Both the position numbers and the translations under genes were made by a program. DNA of 64,000 nt from Spirochaetota bacterium. Its GTDB lineage: Bacteria > Spirochaetota > UBA12135 > COTS27 > CBDBHE01. The number at the start of each line of letters is the position of its first letter. Positions within the stretch are counted from its first letter, which is position 1. Shown here one piece after another: positions 1 through 10,642 of the stretch. The stretch spans positions 32,001-96,000 of the forward strand of contig CBDBHE010000007.1 of NCBI GenBank assembly GCA_965205605.1, in the 5' to 3' direction. The notes under the pieces are model-generated. The model was not told where the DNA came from. It made no database searches and was given only the letters and a program-made list of their open reading frames with translations.

Positions 1-2611
1 TACTTCTTTAGATTTGCCTGGGAGGCTTTCTGTTTTTGGCGTTTCATTTTTACCTTCTATTTTCATTAAGATTTTAAAAGAAATCAGTGTTTATATTGAT
101 GTTTTTATTTACTTTATAAACCCTTTTGAAAAGGATGCTAAAAGCAACGCGCACCCTTTCATCAATGATTTAAAGGAGCAGGGAAAAGCATTAAAAGAAA
201 CGTGGTTAGAAGGGAGTCAAAACAATACCCAAGATTATCAACTATCAAATGAAATTTCAATTTTAAACTTTTTTAAACAATACTTACTAGAAAACAAAAA
301 AATGGATTCAAAGTCCTTAAATCAATTTTTAACAAATCAAGATCCTTCCATACAGATTCACCAATGCAGTAGCTTGCTAAGAGAAGTAGAAATTCTTCAC
401 CACCAATTACTTTATTTTTTTAATCATTTACCAAATCTCAAACCAAATGAAATCGTTGTTATTGCCCCTGAAATCGAACTTTACAGAAATTCAATTGAAG
501 CAGTCTTTTCTAATACAGAAGATGAATCCATGCTAATTCCTCATACGATTTCTCAACATGAGTCTAAAGAAGAAAATAAAGTAATTGAAAGCTTTATTTC
601 TTTTTTAAACCTGATAAAAGCAAGAGTCACGCTTAATGAGATTTTTGATTTTTTAGAAATAGAAAATGTTAGATTGCGATTTAATTTTTCTGAAAAAGAG
701 ATTGAAAATTTAAAATATCATTTTCAAAAAGCTGGTGCAAGATGGGGATATGGTGAAGAAAGAGAAGAGAATTTACCAAGTTTTAAAGAAAATTCATGGA
801 GTTTTGCCATTGAAAGACTTTTAGTTAAGTATAGTTTTTTAAGCGAAAAACATCATTATTTTCAAGGAATATTACCGGTAGAAACAGAAGTTGGTAACGA
901 TGAAGAGGAAGGTATTGCTAAATTAGCTTTTTTTTTAGATTTTATTTTTGAAACCAAAAAAAAATGGTCTGAAAAAGCAACTTTAAGTGAGTGGAAAAAG
1001 CGTTTTGAAAGTATAAGTGAAAATTATTTGGTAAACTCTTTTTTAAATCAAGAGCATCTTTATTTAACTGAAAAATTTCAAAAATTAAAAGATGTCGAGA
1101 AAATTGCTAATTTTAAAGAACCCGTTTCTTTTGACGTTGCCAGTAAATATGCTTTAGAGTTATTGTCTCGTATCAAAAACTCAAGTGTTTTTTTTAGAGG
1201 GACTGTTACTTTCTCTTCTGCCCTTCCTATAAGAAGCCTCCCTTTTAAAATCATTTGTTTCATTGGACTCAATGGAGGAAAAAAATCAGATGAACTTGCT
1301 TTTCCCAGAAAAGACAACACTTTTTCTTTTAATTTAATCAAGCAAAACCCTAGAAAAGGGGATCGTTCTAAAAAAAAAGATGATGAATATCTTTTTTTAG
1401 AATCATTTATAGCCGCTTCTAGTATTTTTTACATAAGCTATAACAGGGAAAATAATTTTAATAAAAACCAATCATTCCCTTCCAATATTGTTTTAAATTA
1501 CCTCGAAGCTTTTAAAGAAATGTTTCCCCAAGAAAAGCAAACTTTCGCTTTAGAAAAAATTTGCCACAAACATCCTTCGTATGGCTTTGACAAAGAATAT
1601 TTTATTAAAAACAGTCCTCTTAAAAATTTCTCCAAAGAAGATTATTTGATTTCAAAACAGCTTAATGAAACCAAGCCAAAAAAACAAAACAACCCTAAAA
1701 AAGAGACCTCAAAAAAAAAAAAATTATTAAATGAAAATAAAAAAACTTTAATTTCTCTAGAAGAAATGCTTTTATTTTTTTCAAACCCTTGTAAATTTTT
1801 TTATAAAAACACATTAAACACAACCCTCTATAAACCAAGAGAAGAAGAAAAAGAAGAAGAACCTTTTGAAATTAATTTTTTAACTACTTATCAAATAGCA
1901 GAAGAAATGATTAACCGGACTGAGGGCATCAAATCTTTTAAAGAAGAATATCGTTATTTTTTATCTCAAGGCAAACTTCCTATCGGAATTATGGGAGAAA
2001 AAAAGTTTCAAAAAATTTATCAAGAAGTAAAAAAATATTTAAAAACCTTAGAAATTTATAAGAAAAAAGAAACGGTTATAATAGATTGTGACTTTGAAAA
2101 CTATCATCTAAAAGGGAATACTTTTTATTTTGATCAAACTATATTTCTTTATCATCAATTTGCAAAATTTAAAAAAAAATATTTTCTTTATGCATGGCTT
2201 CCAGTCCTTTTTTTACAAGCACAAGAAAGAAAAAAAATCTTTGTTTCAAGAATTGTAAGTAAAGATAAAGAATGTTTTTTAAATCTAAAAGGAGGTGAAG
2301 AAAATCATTTATTAAAGCTAATCGATCTTTTTTTAGAAGGAAAAAACAAACCCATCCCTTTTTTCACAGAAGCTTCTTATCTCTATGCTCATGAAAAACA
2401 AGGTAAGAAAAAAAATCATTATGAAGTAATTAAAAAAGTTAAAAGTAAATTTGACAATCAAAACAAATTTAACAAAGAAAGCAAAAATCTTAGGCAAGAT
2501 CCTTACATTAATCTAGCTTATAAAGACCAAGAGCTTTTTAGTTCATCTTTTGAGACCATTGCTGATCTTGTTTATCAACCAATTATCCAATCTAGCAGTA
2601 AAATAAAATGA
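1..2611 (+). CDS. recC: Exodeoxyribonuclease V gamma subunit (5'-truncated by window edge)
   Basis: RecC motifs (LREVEILH, PIRSLPFKIICFIGLN, DDEYLFLE, FFSNPCKFF). ATGA overlap with recB. The ORF-track start at 14 (TTG) is internal. Confidence 0.9.
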   Translation, partial: TSLDLPGRLSVFGVSFLPSIFIKILKEISVYIDVFIYFINPFEKDAKSNAHPFINDLKEQGKALKETWLEGSQNNTQDYQLSNEISILNFFKQYLLENKKMDSKSLNQFLTNQDPSIQIHQCSSLLREVEILHHQLLYFFNHLPNLKPNEIVVIAPEIELYRNSIEAVFSNTEDESMLIPHTISQHESKEENKVIESFISFLNLIKARVTLNEIFDFLEIENVRLRFNFSEKEIENLKYHFQKAGARWGYGEEREENLPSFKENSWSFAIERLLVKYSFLSEKHHYFQGILPVETEVGNDEEEGIAKLAFFLDFIFETKKKWSEKATLSEWKKRFESISENYLVNSFLNQEHLYLTEKFQKLKDVEKIANFKEPVSFDVASKYALELLSRIKNSSVFFRGTVTFSSALPIRSLPFKIICFIGLNGGKKSDELAFPRKDNTFSFNLIKQNPRKGDRSKKKDDEYLFLESFIAASSIFYISYNRENNFNKNQSFPSNIVLNYLEAFKEMFPQEKQTFALEKICHKHPSYGFDKEYFIKNSPLKNFSKEDYLISKQLNETKPKKQNNPKKETSKKKKLLNENKKTLISLEEMLLFFSNPCKFFYKNTLNTTLYKPREEEKEEEPFEINFLTTYQIAEEMINRTEGIKSFKEEYRYFLSQGKLPIGIMGEKKFQKIYQEVKKYLKTLEIYKKKETVIIDCDFENYHLKGNTFYFDQTIFLYHQFAKFKKKYFLYAWLPVLFLQAQERKKIFVSRIVSKDKECFLNLKGGEENHLLKLIDLFLEGKNKPIPFFTEASYLYAHEKQGKKKNHYEVIKKVKSKFDNQNKFNKESKNLRQDPYINLAYKDQELFSSSFETIADLVYQPIIQSSSKIK

Positions 2612-5600
2612 AGCCTCTTAATCTTTTTTCTTGTCCTTTAGAAAAACCACTCCTTATAGAAGCCAGTGCTGGGACAGGAAAAACTTATACTTTATCTGTT
2701 TTAGTGGTCAGGCTACTTTTAGAAAAAAAACATTCTATAAAAGAAATTTTAATCACTACTTACACTAATGCTGCCTGTGAAGAAATCAAAATAAGAATAA
2801 GAAACATCTTAATTAGTCTACAAGTTATTTTAAAAGAAAACAATTCTATCAAAAAAGATGCTTTTTTAGATCATTATAAAAAAATAATTTTACATTTAAA
2901 TGAAAGTGAAAAAAAAAAACACCTAAGCTTAGTTACTCAAGCTTTAAAAGATCTCGACGACACCCTTATTGGGACGATTCATCATATTGGGATGCATCTT
3001 TTATCAGAGTTTAGTTTTGAAAGTGGTTTGAATTTACAATCTCCTAGAATAGAAGAATCAAAACAATGGATCGAAAAAGCAATTAAAGATTTTTGGAGAC
3101 ATTATTTTTATACAACAAAAGATGTTGATTTTGCTCATTATTTAATGGAAGAAGCAAAAATTAATTCCCCAGAATGTCTTTTTAATTTCGTAAAAAATTT
3201 CTTTTTAAAAGAATACCTTTTATTACCTTCCTTGGAAAGTTTAAAAAAAAGAAAAACAAAATCAAAAAAAAATGAATGGTTTAAAATTTGGGATCAGTTT
3301 TGTTGCTATTGGAAAAAAAATAGAAAAGAACTTTCTAAGCTGGTTTCAAATTTAAGAAAAGTAGAAGCAGAAAAAATCTTAAAAGAAGGTGATGAGTGGA
3401 CTCAAATCAATCAAATCCCAGTAAATCTCCCAAAATCATTTGAAAATAAAAAGCTCTTAAAACTCAAAACAAAAGAAGCCTTCAAAACACACTCTTTTTT
3501 TTATTTCCTTGAAACATTACAAACCCTTATTCTAAACATCAAAAAAGAACATTTCCTCAAAATGCTTTTTTTAAAACATGAATTGCTTATTTATGTCAAA
3601 AAAAGAATTGCCTTTTTTAAAGAAAAATGGGACTGGCAAGATTATAATGATCCTTTAGAAACATTAAGACACTCCCTTCTTACAAAAAAAAATGAAGCCA
3701 TCACTAAAGAAATACAAGCAAAGTATCAAGTCGCTTTTATTGATGAATTTCAAGACACTAATGCTTCCCAATATGAAATCTTTTTTCATTTATTTGGACA
3801 AAAAAAATTATTCCTTATCGGCGATCCCAAGCAGTCTATTTTTGAATTTCAAGGAGCAAATATTTATACTTATTTGAAAGCCAAAAAAGAAATTAAACTT
3901 CATTACACCTTAAAAAAAAACTGGCGTTCTTCTAAAAATCTTTTACAAGGCCTCAATTGTCTCTTCTCTGAAATAAAAAACCCCTTCAAAATAAAAGAAA
4001 TCCCCTTTGTTTCTTTAGACCCTTCTTTAGAAATTTCTCCTTTAATTAAAAATGGTCTCGAAGAGACAAAGCCTATTAAGATTCATTACCTCCTTAAAGA
4101 AGAAAACAATCTCTCAAAAAAAATAGCCAATGAAAAAATCTATCAACTCATCACCCATGAAATTACCAAGCTTTTAAAAAAAAGATCTTCTATTACTTTT
4201 GCTAACAAAGCATTAAAGCCAAACGACATCGCTGTCCTCGTACGAACAAACGAACAAATCCTTTCTTTTAAGAAATACTTTGAAAAAGCAAATATTCCTT
4301 ATCAGGCAACCACTCAAGAAGACCCTTTTAAAACAGAAGAAGCCGAAAATCTACTTCATTTTTTAAAAAGTGTTTATGACAATCACAAAGAAGATTTGCT
4401 TAAGGGTTCATTAGCAGGTCCTTTTTTTGATTATTCAAACGAAAAAATAAAAAATGAACTTGAAAATCAAGCTATCCTCTTTAAAACTTATAAACAACTT
4501 TGGAAAGAAAAAGGGTTTATGGCAATGATTAAAAAATGGATTCAAGACAGTCATCTAAGATCACATCTTTTAAAAACCAATATGGGAAAAAATAAACTAT
4601 CTAATTTTTTAACTTTAATTGAAATTTTAAACCTTCATCATTTCAAAAAGAAAACCAATGCTTTATCGTTATTAAATTATTTTGAAAAAAAAATAAACAC
4701 AAAAGTAAAAACATCTCAAGACGATCTCCTCGAAAATCAAAAACAAATTTATCAAGAAGGGGTTATTTTAAGCACCATCCATAAAAGCAAAGGCCTTGAG
4801 TATCCAATGGTTTATTGTCCTTTTTTATGGGATAAAATAGATCCTACTAATAAAGAAAAAGCAATTTCTTTTTACGATTTAAAAGAAGAAAAATTTACTT
4901 ATTATTTCGATAGCGAAAACAATCAGTACCAACAATACAAAGAAAAAGAAGAAGAACAAACATTTCATGAAAGTACAAGACTTTTATATGTGGGGATGAC
5001 AAGGGCAAAATATCAACTTTCTATTATTTATGGAAATATTAATAAAAGTGAAAAATCAGCTTTATTTAATCTACTAAAACCTTACCATCAAAAAGAAAAA
5101 GAAAAGGATGAAATGATAGAAGACTTCTTTAATATTTCTTTGTTAAAGCAAAAAAATCCTTTTATAGAAGTCATTCTCGAAAATCAAACTCTAAAAGAAT
5201 CTCCACTAAAAGAAAGTAAAACAAATCTAGAATATTTAGAAAAACCTCCTGCATTAAAAAAAATTGAAAAAAAATTTCAAATTGGAAGTTTTTCTTCTTG
5301 GATTCATGGAATCGAAGAACACAAATTAAATAAAGAAGACGATCAAGAAGACCCTTTGTCTCCTTTTAATGAAGACTTAGAAAATGAAGATAGTATTTTT
5401 TCTCTTCCAAAAGGAATCTTTATGGGAAAACTCTTTCATTCTCTTTTAGAAGAATGGGTTGTTTTAAAAAATGAAAAAGAGATTTTTAAAAAAAAAATTA
5501 AAGAAGTGTGTCTTAAAAAAGGAATTAGTAAACTCAATGAACAAAAAATTAAAATAATTTTAAAAAGAGCCACTTCTCTTTACTTGAAATCTCCTGAAGA

Positions 5601-6102
5601 AAATTACTTTTCTCTTAAAGACATTAATTCAAAAGAGATGGTAAGTGAAATGGGGTTTATTTATCCTCTTAAAAAAGCCAATTTTGATTTCGTAAAAAAA
5701 TTTTTCTTACAACAAGAAATGCTTAAGTCGTTTAGGATTTCAAAAGGATTTTTCAAAGGATTTATTGATCTTGTGTTCAAAAAAGAAAAACGCTACTATT
5801 TAATTGACTGGAAAAGCAATTATCTTGGTAATCAATTTGAAAATTATGAAAACAAATTTTTAAAACAAGCCATGGAAAAATATCATTATTTTATTCAAGC
5901 TTCTATGTATTTACTCGCTCTTCATCTTTATTTAAAAAATAAACTACAACATTATGATTATCAAAAAGATATAGGAGGAATTTATTATATTTTCTTAAGG
6001 GGCCTTAAGGAAGAAAATCAAAAAAAAAATCAAAACGGTATTTTTTACTTTAATCCAGGAAAAAAAATCATTGAGATCCTAGAAAGAGAATTGATTAAAT
6101 GA
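2608..6102 (+). CDS. recB: Exodeoxyribonuclease V beta subunit (helicase-nuclease)
   Basis: Walker A IEASAGTGKT, IDEFQDT, IGDPKQSIF, TIHKSKGLEY, LLYVGMTRA; C-terminal nuclease GFIDLVF..LIDWKSN. Confidence 0.95.
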   Translation: MKPLNLFSCPLEKPLLIEASAGTGKTYTLSVLVVRLLLEKKHSIKEILITTYTNAACEEIKIRIRNILISLQVILKENNSIKKDAFLDHYKKIILHLNESEKKKHLSLVTQALKDLDDTLIGTIHHIGMHLLSEFSFESGLNLQSPRIEESKQWIEKAIKDFWRHYFYTTKDVDFAHYLMEEAKINSPECLFNFVKNFFLKEYLLLPSLESLKKRKTKSKKNEWFKIWDQFCCYWKKNRKELSKLVSNLRKVEAEKILKEGDEWTQINQIPVNLPKSFENKKLLKLKTKEAFKTHSFFYFLETLQTLILNIKKEHFLKMLFLKHELLIYVKKRIAFFKEKWDWQDYNDPLETLRHSLLTKKNEAITKEIQAKYQVAFIDEFQDTNASQYEIFFHLFGQKKLFLIGDPKQSIFEFQGANIYTYLKAKKEIKLHYTLKKNWRSSKNLLQGLNCLFSEIKNPFKIKEIPFVSLDPSLEISPLIKNGLEETKPIKIHYLLKEENNLSKKIANEKIYQLITHEITKLLKKRSSITFANKALKPNDIAVLVRTNEQILSFKKYFEKANIPYQATTQEDPFKTEEAENLLHFLKSVYDNHKEDLLKGSLAGPFFDYSNEKIKNELENQAILFKTYKQLWKEKGFMAMIKKWIQDSHLRSHLLKTNMGKNKLSNFLTLIEILNLHHFKKKTNALSLLNYFEKKINTKVKTSQDDLLENQKQIYQEGVILSTIHKSKGLEYPMVYCPFLWDKIDPTNKEKAISFYDLKEEKFTYYFDSENNQYQQYKEKEEEQTFHESTRLLYVGMTRAKYQLSIIYGNINKSEKSALFNLLKPYHQKEKEKDEMIEDFFNISLLKQKNPFIEVILENQTLKESPLKESKTNLEYLEKPPALKKIEKKFQIGSFSSWIHGIEEHKLNKEDDQEDPLSPFNEDLENEDSIFSLPKGIFMGKLFHSLLEEWVVLKNEKEIFKKKIKEVCLKKGISKLNEQKIKIILKRATSLYLKSPEENYFSLKDINSKEMVSEMGFIYPLKKANFDFVKKFFLQQEMLKSFRISKGFFKGFIDLVFKKEKRYYLIDWKSNYLGNQFENYENKFLKQAMEKYHYFIQASMYLLALHLYLKNKLQHYDYQKDIGGIYYIFLRGLKEENQKKNQNGIFYFNPGKKIIEILERELIK

Positions 6103-7946
6103 CTTATTTTTCGAAAAATCTTTTTCAAAAAATGCCCCTTCTTAAAGAAGAGCACCGTTTTAATAATATGGATGCTTTATGGGCTAATTTTATTTGCTCA
6201 AAAACCCAAAAGCCAGATAATTTACTTTGGATCACAGCTGCTTTGACTAATTATCATAGTAGACAAGGCAATAGCTTTCTACCTTTAAATCATTATGCTA
6301 AAAAAAGTCTTTTTAAAGAAAATCATTCTTTTATTTTTCCAGACTTAGAAAATTGGACCTCTTATTTCAAAAAACACCCCAATATTATAGGAAAAGATCC
6401 CATGTTAAGCCCCTTAATTTTTGAAGAACCAGATTGTCTTTATAAACAGATTTACTATATTTTAGAAAAAAAATTAGCTTCTTTTTTTAAAAAAAGAAGT
6501 CAAAAAAAAAAAAACATTAACCATCATTTCAAAAAAACTTGGGAAGATTTTTTTTTACAAGACAACACCACTTCTGATGAACAAAAAATAGCTATTTACA
6601 CTGCTTTAACTCGATACTTAACCATCATTTCAGGATATCCCGGCACAGGTAAAACTACTATCATTTCAAAAATTATTTCACTTCACACCAAAATCAAAAA
6701 TCAAAATTATTTAAAAATTATTTTACTTGCACCCACAGGAAAAGCCGTCTCAAGGCTAAAAGAAACTTTTCAAATCGCAAACAAATCAAACTCTTTACAA
6801 GACTCCGTTTTTTCCATTATTAATGAAAAAATTTTGACCATTCATCGATTTTTAAAAAAATACAAAAAAAACCAACAGCTTAATATTAACGAAACCTTTG
6901 ATCTTCTCATTGTTGACGAAGTATCTATGGTTCCTCTTTCTTTAATGTATGAGCTAAGCTTGACTCTTCAAAAAGATACTCAATTAATTTTATTAGGAGA
7001 CAAAAATCAGCTTTTTTCTATTGAAGCAGCTTCTTTAATGAAAGATTTGACTTTTTTGAGTCAAAAAAATAGTTATTCAAAATCTTTTTTAGAAGAAATC
7101 AAACCTTTTGTTACAATCAAAGAAAATTTTTTAAAAAAAAATAAACCTAGTGTTTTAAAAGATAACCTTGTTTTACTAACAAACTCTTATCGATTTAAAG
7201 AAAAAAGTAATATTAACCGTTTGGCTTATTTAATTAATGAGCAAAAAATTGAATCTTTAAACCAACTTTTAAACGAAGAAAATACCTCACAACCCTTTTT
7301 CTATGAAATAAAAACACAAAATGACTTAAAAAAAACATTAGAAAAGCTTTTAATAGGGCACTATCAATCTTTTTTTAATCTTGTAAAAAAAAAAGACTAT
7401 CATGATTTATCTTCTTTTTTTGATTGGGGAATTTTGTGTGCTTTTAAAAAAGGGATATTTGGTGCTGAAAAAATTAATAATTTTATTGAACAACTTCTTT
7501 TTAAAAAAAAAATGATTGAAGCCGATTTATTTAAGAAAGAAAACCTTTATTATGAAGGCAAACCGATTATGATTATTGAAAATGATTATTCTTATAATCT
7601 TTTTAACGGGGATATCGGTTTTTTGTTAAAAAATAAAGATGGGAAAAAAGAAGCTTTTTTTGAAAAAAGTGGTGATCAATCTCAATTTTTTTCTCCTTAC
7701 CTTATTGGAAAATACCAATCGTTTTATGCAAGTACGGTCCATAAAAGTCAGGGGTCAGAATTTAATCATGTCATTTTTATTCTTCCAGAAAAAAACAATG
7801 ATTTATTAACCAAAGAGCTCATTTATACTGCTATCAGTCGAGCTAAAAAAAGCATAACTATTTTAGGAAAAAAAGAAGTCTTTATACAAGGAGTAAATCA
7901 AAAAATAAATCGTTCATCTAATCTCAGAAAAAAAATCGAAAACTAA
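6099..7946 (+). CDS. recD: Exodeoxyribonuclease V alpha subunit
   Basis: GYPGTGKTT, LAPTGKA, VDEVSM, LGDKNQL, TVHKSQGSEF, YTAISRAK; ATGA overlap with recB. Confidence 0.95.
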   Translation: MTYFSKNLFQKMPLLKEEHRFNNMDALWANFICSKTQKPDNLLWITAALTNYHSRQGNSFLPLNHYAKKSLFKENHSFIFPDLENWTSYFKKHPNIIGKDPMLSPLIFEEPDCLYKQIYYILEKKLASFFKKRSQKKKNINHHFKKTWEDFFLQDNTTSDEQKIAIYTALTRYLTIISGYPGTGKTTIISKIISLHTKIKNQNYLKIILLAPTGKAVSRLKETFQIANKSNSLQDSVFSIINEKILTIHRFLKKYKKNQQLNINETFDLLIVDEVSMVPLSLMYELSLTLQKDTQLILLGDKNQLFSIEAASLMKDLTFLSQKNSYSKSFLEEIKPFVTIKENFLKKNKPSVLKDNLVLLTNSYRFKEKSNINRLAYLINEQKIESLNQLLNEENTSQPFFYEIKTQNDLKKTLEKLLIGHYQSFFNLVKKKDYHDLSSFFDWGILCAFKKGIFGAEKINNFIEQLLFKKKMIEADLFKKENLYYEGKPIMIIENDYSYNLFNGDIGFLLKNKDGKKEAFFEKSGDQSQFFSPYLIGKYQSFYASTVHKSQGSEFNHVIFILPEKNNDLLTKELIYTAISRAKKSITILGKKEVFIQGVNQKINRSSNLRKKIEN

Positions 7947-7958
7947 TTTTTAACCAAT

Positions 7959-9356
7959 TTAAAGAGACTTCAAAAAATCAATCATATTTTTTCTTTCTTT
8001 TTTGGAAAATTTTAAAAATGCTTTTTTTGATTTTTTTCCCTCTCCCCCATGCCACAAAATAGCTTCTTCTAAAGAAAAAGCTCTGCCATCATGCAAGTAA
8101 CGAGTATGTTTGTTGACTGTTTCAATAAGGCCAATCCCCCAAAGAGGTGGTGTCCTCCATTCATTACCTGTTGCTTCAAAGTCTTCCCTACCATCTGAAA
8201 GTAAATCACCCATGTCATGAAGTAAAAGATCTGTATAAGGATGAATCGTTTGCTCACTAAGAGCTTTAATAGAATGAATGCTTGTTTTTAAAGTTTCTAC
8301 ATGGCAAGCCGTACACTTTGCTTTTTTAAAAAGCTTTCTTCCTTTTCTTACAGAACGATTTTTAACATTACGCCTAGCTGGGACAGCGAGCGTTTGAACA
8401 TAAAAAGTAGTACTTTCTAATTGCTTTTCACTCAAATCAATTTCTTTTTTTCTTCCTTTTTTTGGAAACTTATGGTTTTCATTTGAAAACATAGAAGAGG
8501 TAATTCCAATATCATTGATAAAAGCAAATGCTACTTGTTCTTTAACAGAAGCCTTATTTGCTTTCCAACCAAACCGACCGATTATTTTTTTATTTTTAAT
8601 ATGATCCCAAACATAGTTTGGCTTTCCTGAAACACCATCACCATCAAAATCATTTTCATCGCTTAATTTAATAAGCACGTCTTCACTTACTGCTTCTAAA
8701 AGCCCCACCCCAATCATTTGAGGAGCCACTCTAGGAGAAGTTAAAAGTTTTTTAGATGGCTTACCATAGCGATAAGTATCTATCGTATAAATAGGGTTTT
8801 TTAAAATATAACCATCTCCATCCGAATAATTGCCATAAATATACTCATAATTAATAGAAAAAGAACCTTCTTCTAAAAAACCCAAAATAGCTTGATTTTG
8901 TAATTGATTTCCATAAACAGGGTCTGCCTTGGGCCCCCCATGCTTGTTTTCCCCTGCAATACTAATACGCATAATTAAAGATAAAGGAATTTCATTTTTT
9001 CCTATTGGAGGGCGCCCTCTCCCATCCATAAAGTGACAAGTAGAACAACTTTTTGCATTAAAAAGAGGCCCCAAACCATCTCGAGATTTTGTTGAAGCCC
9101 CCAAACGAACCCAGTTTTCCTTAAAGAAAGAATCTCCTAAAAAAAAAGAAATAATTTCTTTAGGGGAATGAATATTCCTAGCTCTAAAAGTAAAACTTCT
9201 AGGAGAAGCATCAAAAACAGTTGTCTCTCCACCTAATTTAATAGGCCCTTTATTTGCACAAGAAATAAAAGAAAAGCAAAAAACTATAAGTAAAAAAGAT
9301 GATTCAAAAAAACTATAGGTTAACTTCAATCCCAAACTCTTTAGCAGAAGAAGCAA
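7959..9356 (-). CDS. Di-heme oxidoreductase (DHOR/IrpB-like) c-type cytochrome, probable lipoprotein
   Basis: Two CxxCH motifs (CSTCH, CTACH), GLGPLFN, GRFGWKA, YTDLLLHDMG, WRTPPLWGIG, YLHDGRA; lipobox-like FISC. The true start may be slightly downstream (TTG near 9329). Confidence 0.88.
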   Translation of the reverse strand: MLLLLKSLGLKLTYSFFESSFLLIVFCFSFISCANKGPIKLGGETTVFDASPRSFTFRARNIHSPKEIISFFLGDSFFKENWVRLGASTKSRDGLGPLFNAKSCSTCHFMDGRGRPPIGKNEIPLSLIMRISIAGENKHGGPKADPVYGNQLQNQAILGFLEEGSFSINYEYIYGNYSDGDGYILKNPIYTIDTYRYGKPSKKLLTSPRVAPQMIGVGLLEAVSEDVLIKLSDENDFDGDGVSGKPNYVWDHIKNKKIIGRFGWKANKASVKEQVAFAFINDIGITSSMFSNENHKFPKKGRKKEIDLSEKQLESTTFYVQTLAVPARRNVKNRSVRKGRKLFKKAKCTACHVETLKTSIHSIKALSEQTIHPYTDLLLHDMGDLLSDGREDFEATGNEWRTPPLWGIGLIETVNKHTRYLHDGRAFSLEEAILWHGGEGKKSKKAFLKFSKKERKNMIDFLKSL

Positions 9357-10512
9357 TTAAAAACCCAAGCGAAAGTATTTTTTCCGAAGCAGTTGCAATT
9401 CTTTTTCTACCCTCTTCATTAGAAATTTTGATTTCTTGATCAAAAGGGTCTTCAATTGCTTTGCAAGCTTTTTCAGCTACTTGTAAAGCCATTTCAATTT
9501 GCTTTGATTTTTTTTTGTTTTTTCTTCTAAGTAAACTTAAATAATTTGCTTTAAGTTTTTCTGATCCGTATAAGCCTTTTAAAACTTGCTTCGCTCCATT
9601 AAAATTATTAATAATATCCAATTTCGTTTGATCAGAAAAACAAGATTGCTCATTTTCCTTATCATTTGATTCAAAAGCAACCATCATTCTCTCTCCAGCA
9701 AGCTCTTCATAAAGTAAAAAAGAAACCCCTTGTAATATTTTCTTAAGGGCCTCTTGATGAGAAAAAGCAAGGAATTGACTTCTATAATTATTACCATTAT
9801 CAACCTTCCAAGCTTCTACAATCTCTTTAAGATGATTTACTAAAATTTCAGCCGTGAGCATTAAATATTGTTTTCTTCTTTCATAATTTTTTTTACTTTT
9901 TGTATAATCGGTATAGGCTCTTTTTCCCGCTTCTTTATTATCACTTAAATCTTGCCCCCAAAGTAAAAACTCAATCGCATGATAGCCCAAACTAATACTC
10001 TTTTCTCCCGGATTTCCATTAAGCTTTATGAGTTTTTCTTTGCTAAGAGCAATACTAATGTCATTAATAATGCCACTGCTTTCATTACCTAAAACATAAT
10101 CAATATGTGCTTCATCTAAAGGCCAAGGGTTAATAAAAGATTCAATATTTTTTTCATTATCAATAGGACCCCCATAAAAACGAAATACTTCCGTTTTTCC
10201 ATAAGCAATTCTCGCATTGATCCAAGCTAGCTTTACTTTTTTAAACTTTTGATCACTAGGATCATTAATAAAAACTTCTATTTCATTTTTTAATTTAAGT
10301 GCCGACTGATAACTCCCATCATAAGCTTTAAAAGCTAACTCAACATATGCCTCAATAAATTTTTTAGTTTGATTAACATTAGTTTCTCTTAAAGAACAAC
10401 CTGCTAAAGCCAAAGCTAACAAACAAAAAAGACTCCAAAATAAAAAAAATTGCTTATTAATAACAAGATTTTTTTTATTTTTAAATGAATTTGTATTGTT
10501 ATTCATTTTCAT
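9313..10512 (-). CDS. Imelysin-family (IrpA-like) iron-regulated lipoprotein
   Basis: Lipobox LALAGC, GxHxxE motif GYHAIEFLLWGQD, TEVFRFYGGPID, ELAGERM, EQSCFSD. Confidence 0.9.
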   Translation of the reverse strand: MKMNNNTNSFKNKKNLVINKQFFLFWSLFCLLALALAGCSLRETNVNQTKKFIEAYVELAFKAYDGSYQSALKLKNEIEVFINDPSDQKFKKVKLAWINARIAYGKTEVFRFYGGPIDNEKNIESFINPWPLDEAHIDYVLGNESSGIINDISIALSKEKLIKLNGNPGEKSISLGYHAIEFLLWGQDLSDNKEAGKRAYTDYTKSKKNYERRKQYLMLTAEILVNHLKEIVEAWKVDNGNNYRSQFLAFSHQEALKKILQGVSFLLYEELAGERMMVAFESNDKENEQSCFSDQTKLDIINNFNGAKQVLKGLYGSEKLKANYLSLLRRKNKKKSKQIEMALQVAEKACKAIEDPFDQEIKISNEEGRKRIATASEKILSLGFLIASSAKEFGIEVNL

Positions 10513-10538
10513 TTCTTTCTATCCTTAAAATAAGTTTC

Positions 10539-10594
10539 TTTTTTGAAAAAAAGTTAACTTAATGAAACATTATATACTTTTTGAAAAAAAAAAT
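10539..10594 (-). promoter_or_regulatory. Putative sigma70 promoter plus palindromic operator, copy 1 (upstream of imelysin gene)
   Basis: Minus-strand TATAAT at 10574-10569; perfect palindrome AAGTTAACTT at 10551-10560; block duplicated at 11632-11686. Confidence 0.6.
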
Positions 10595-10642
10595 CGACTA
10601 AATTTTTTTTTATTCTATTCTTAATATTTTAATTAAGCTTAA

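Noticed and set aside
1-7946. recCBD as a defence or novel helicase-nuclease system
   Set aside because: Canonical order and motifs of housekeeping RecBCD.
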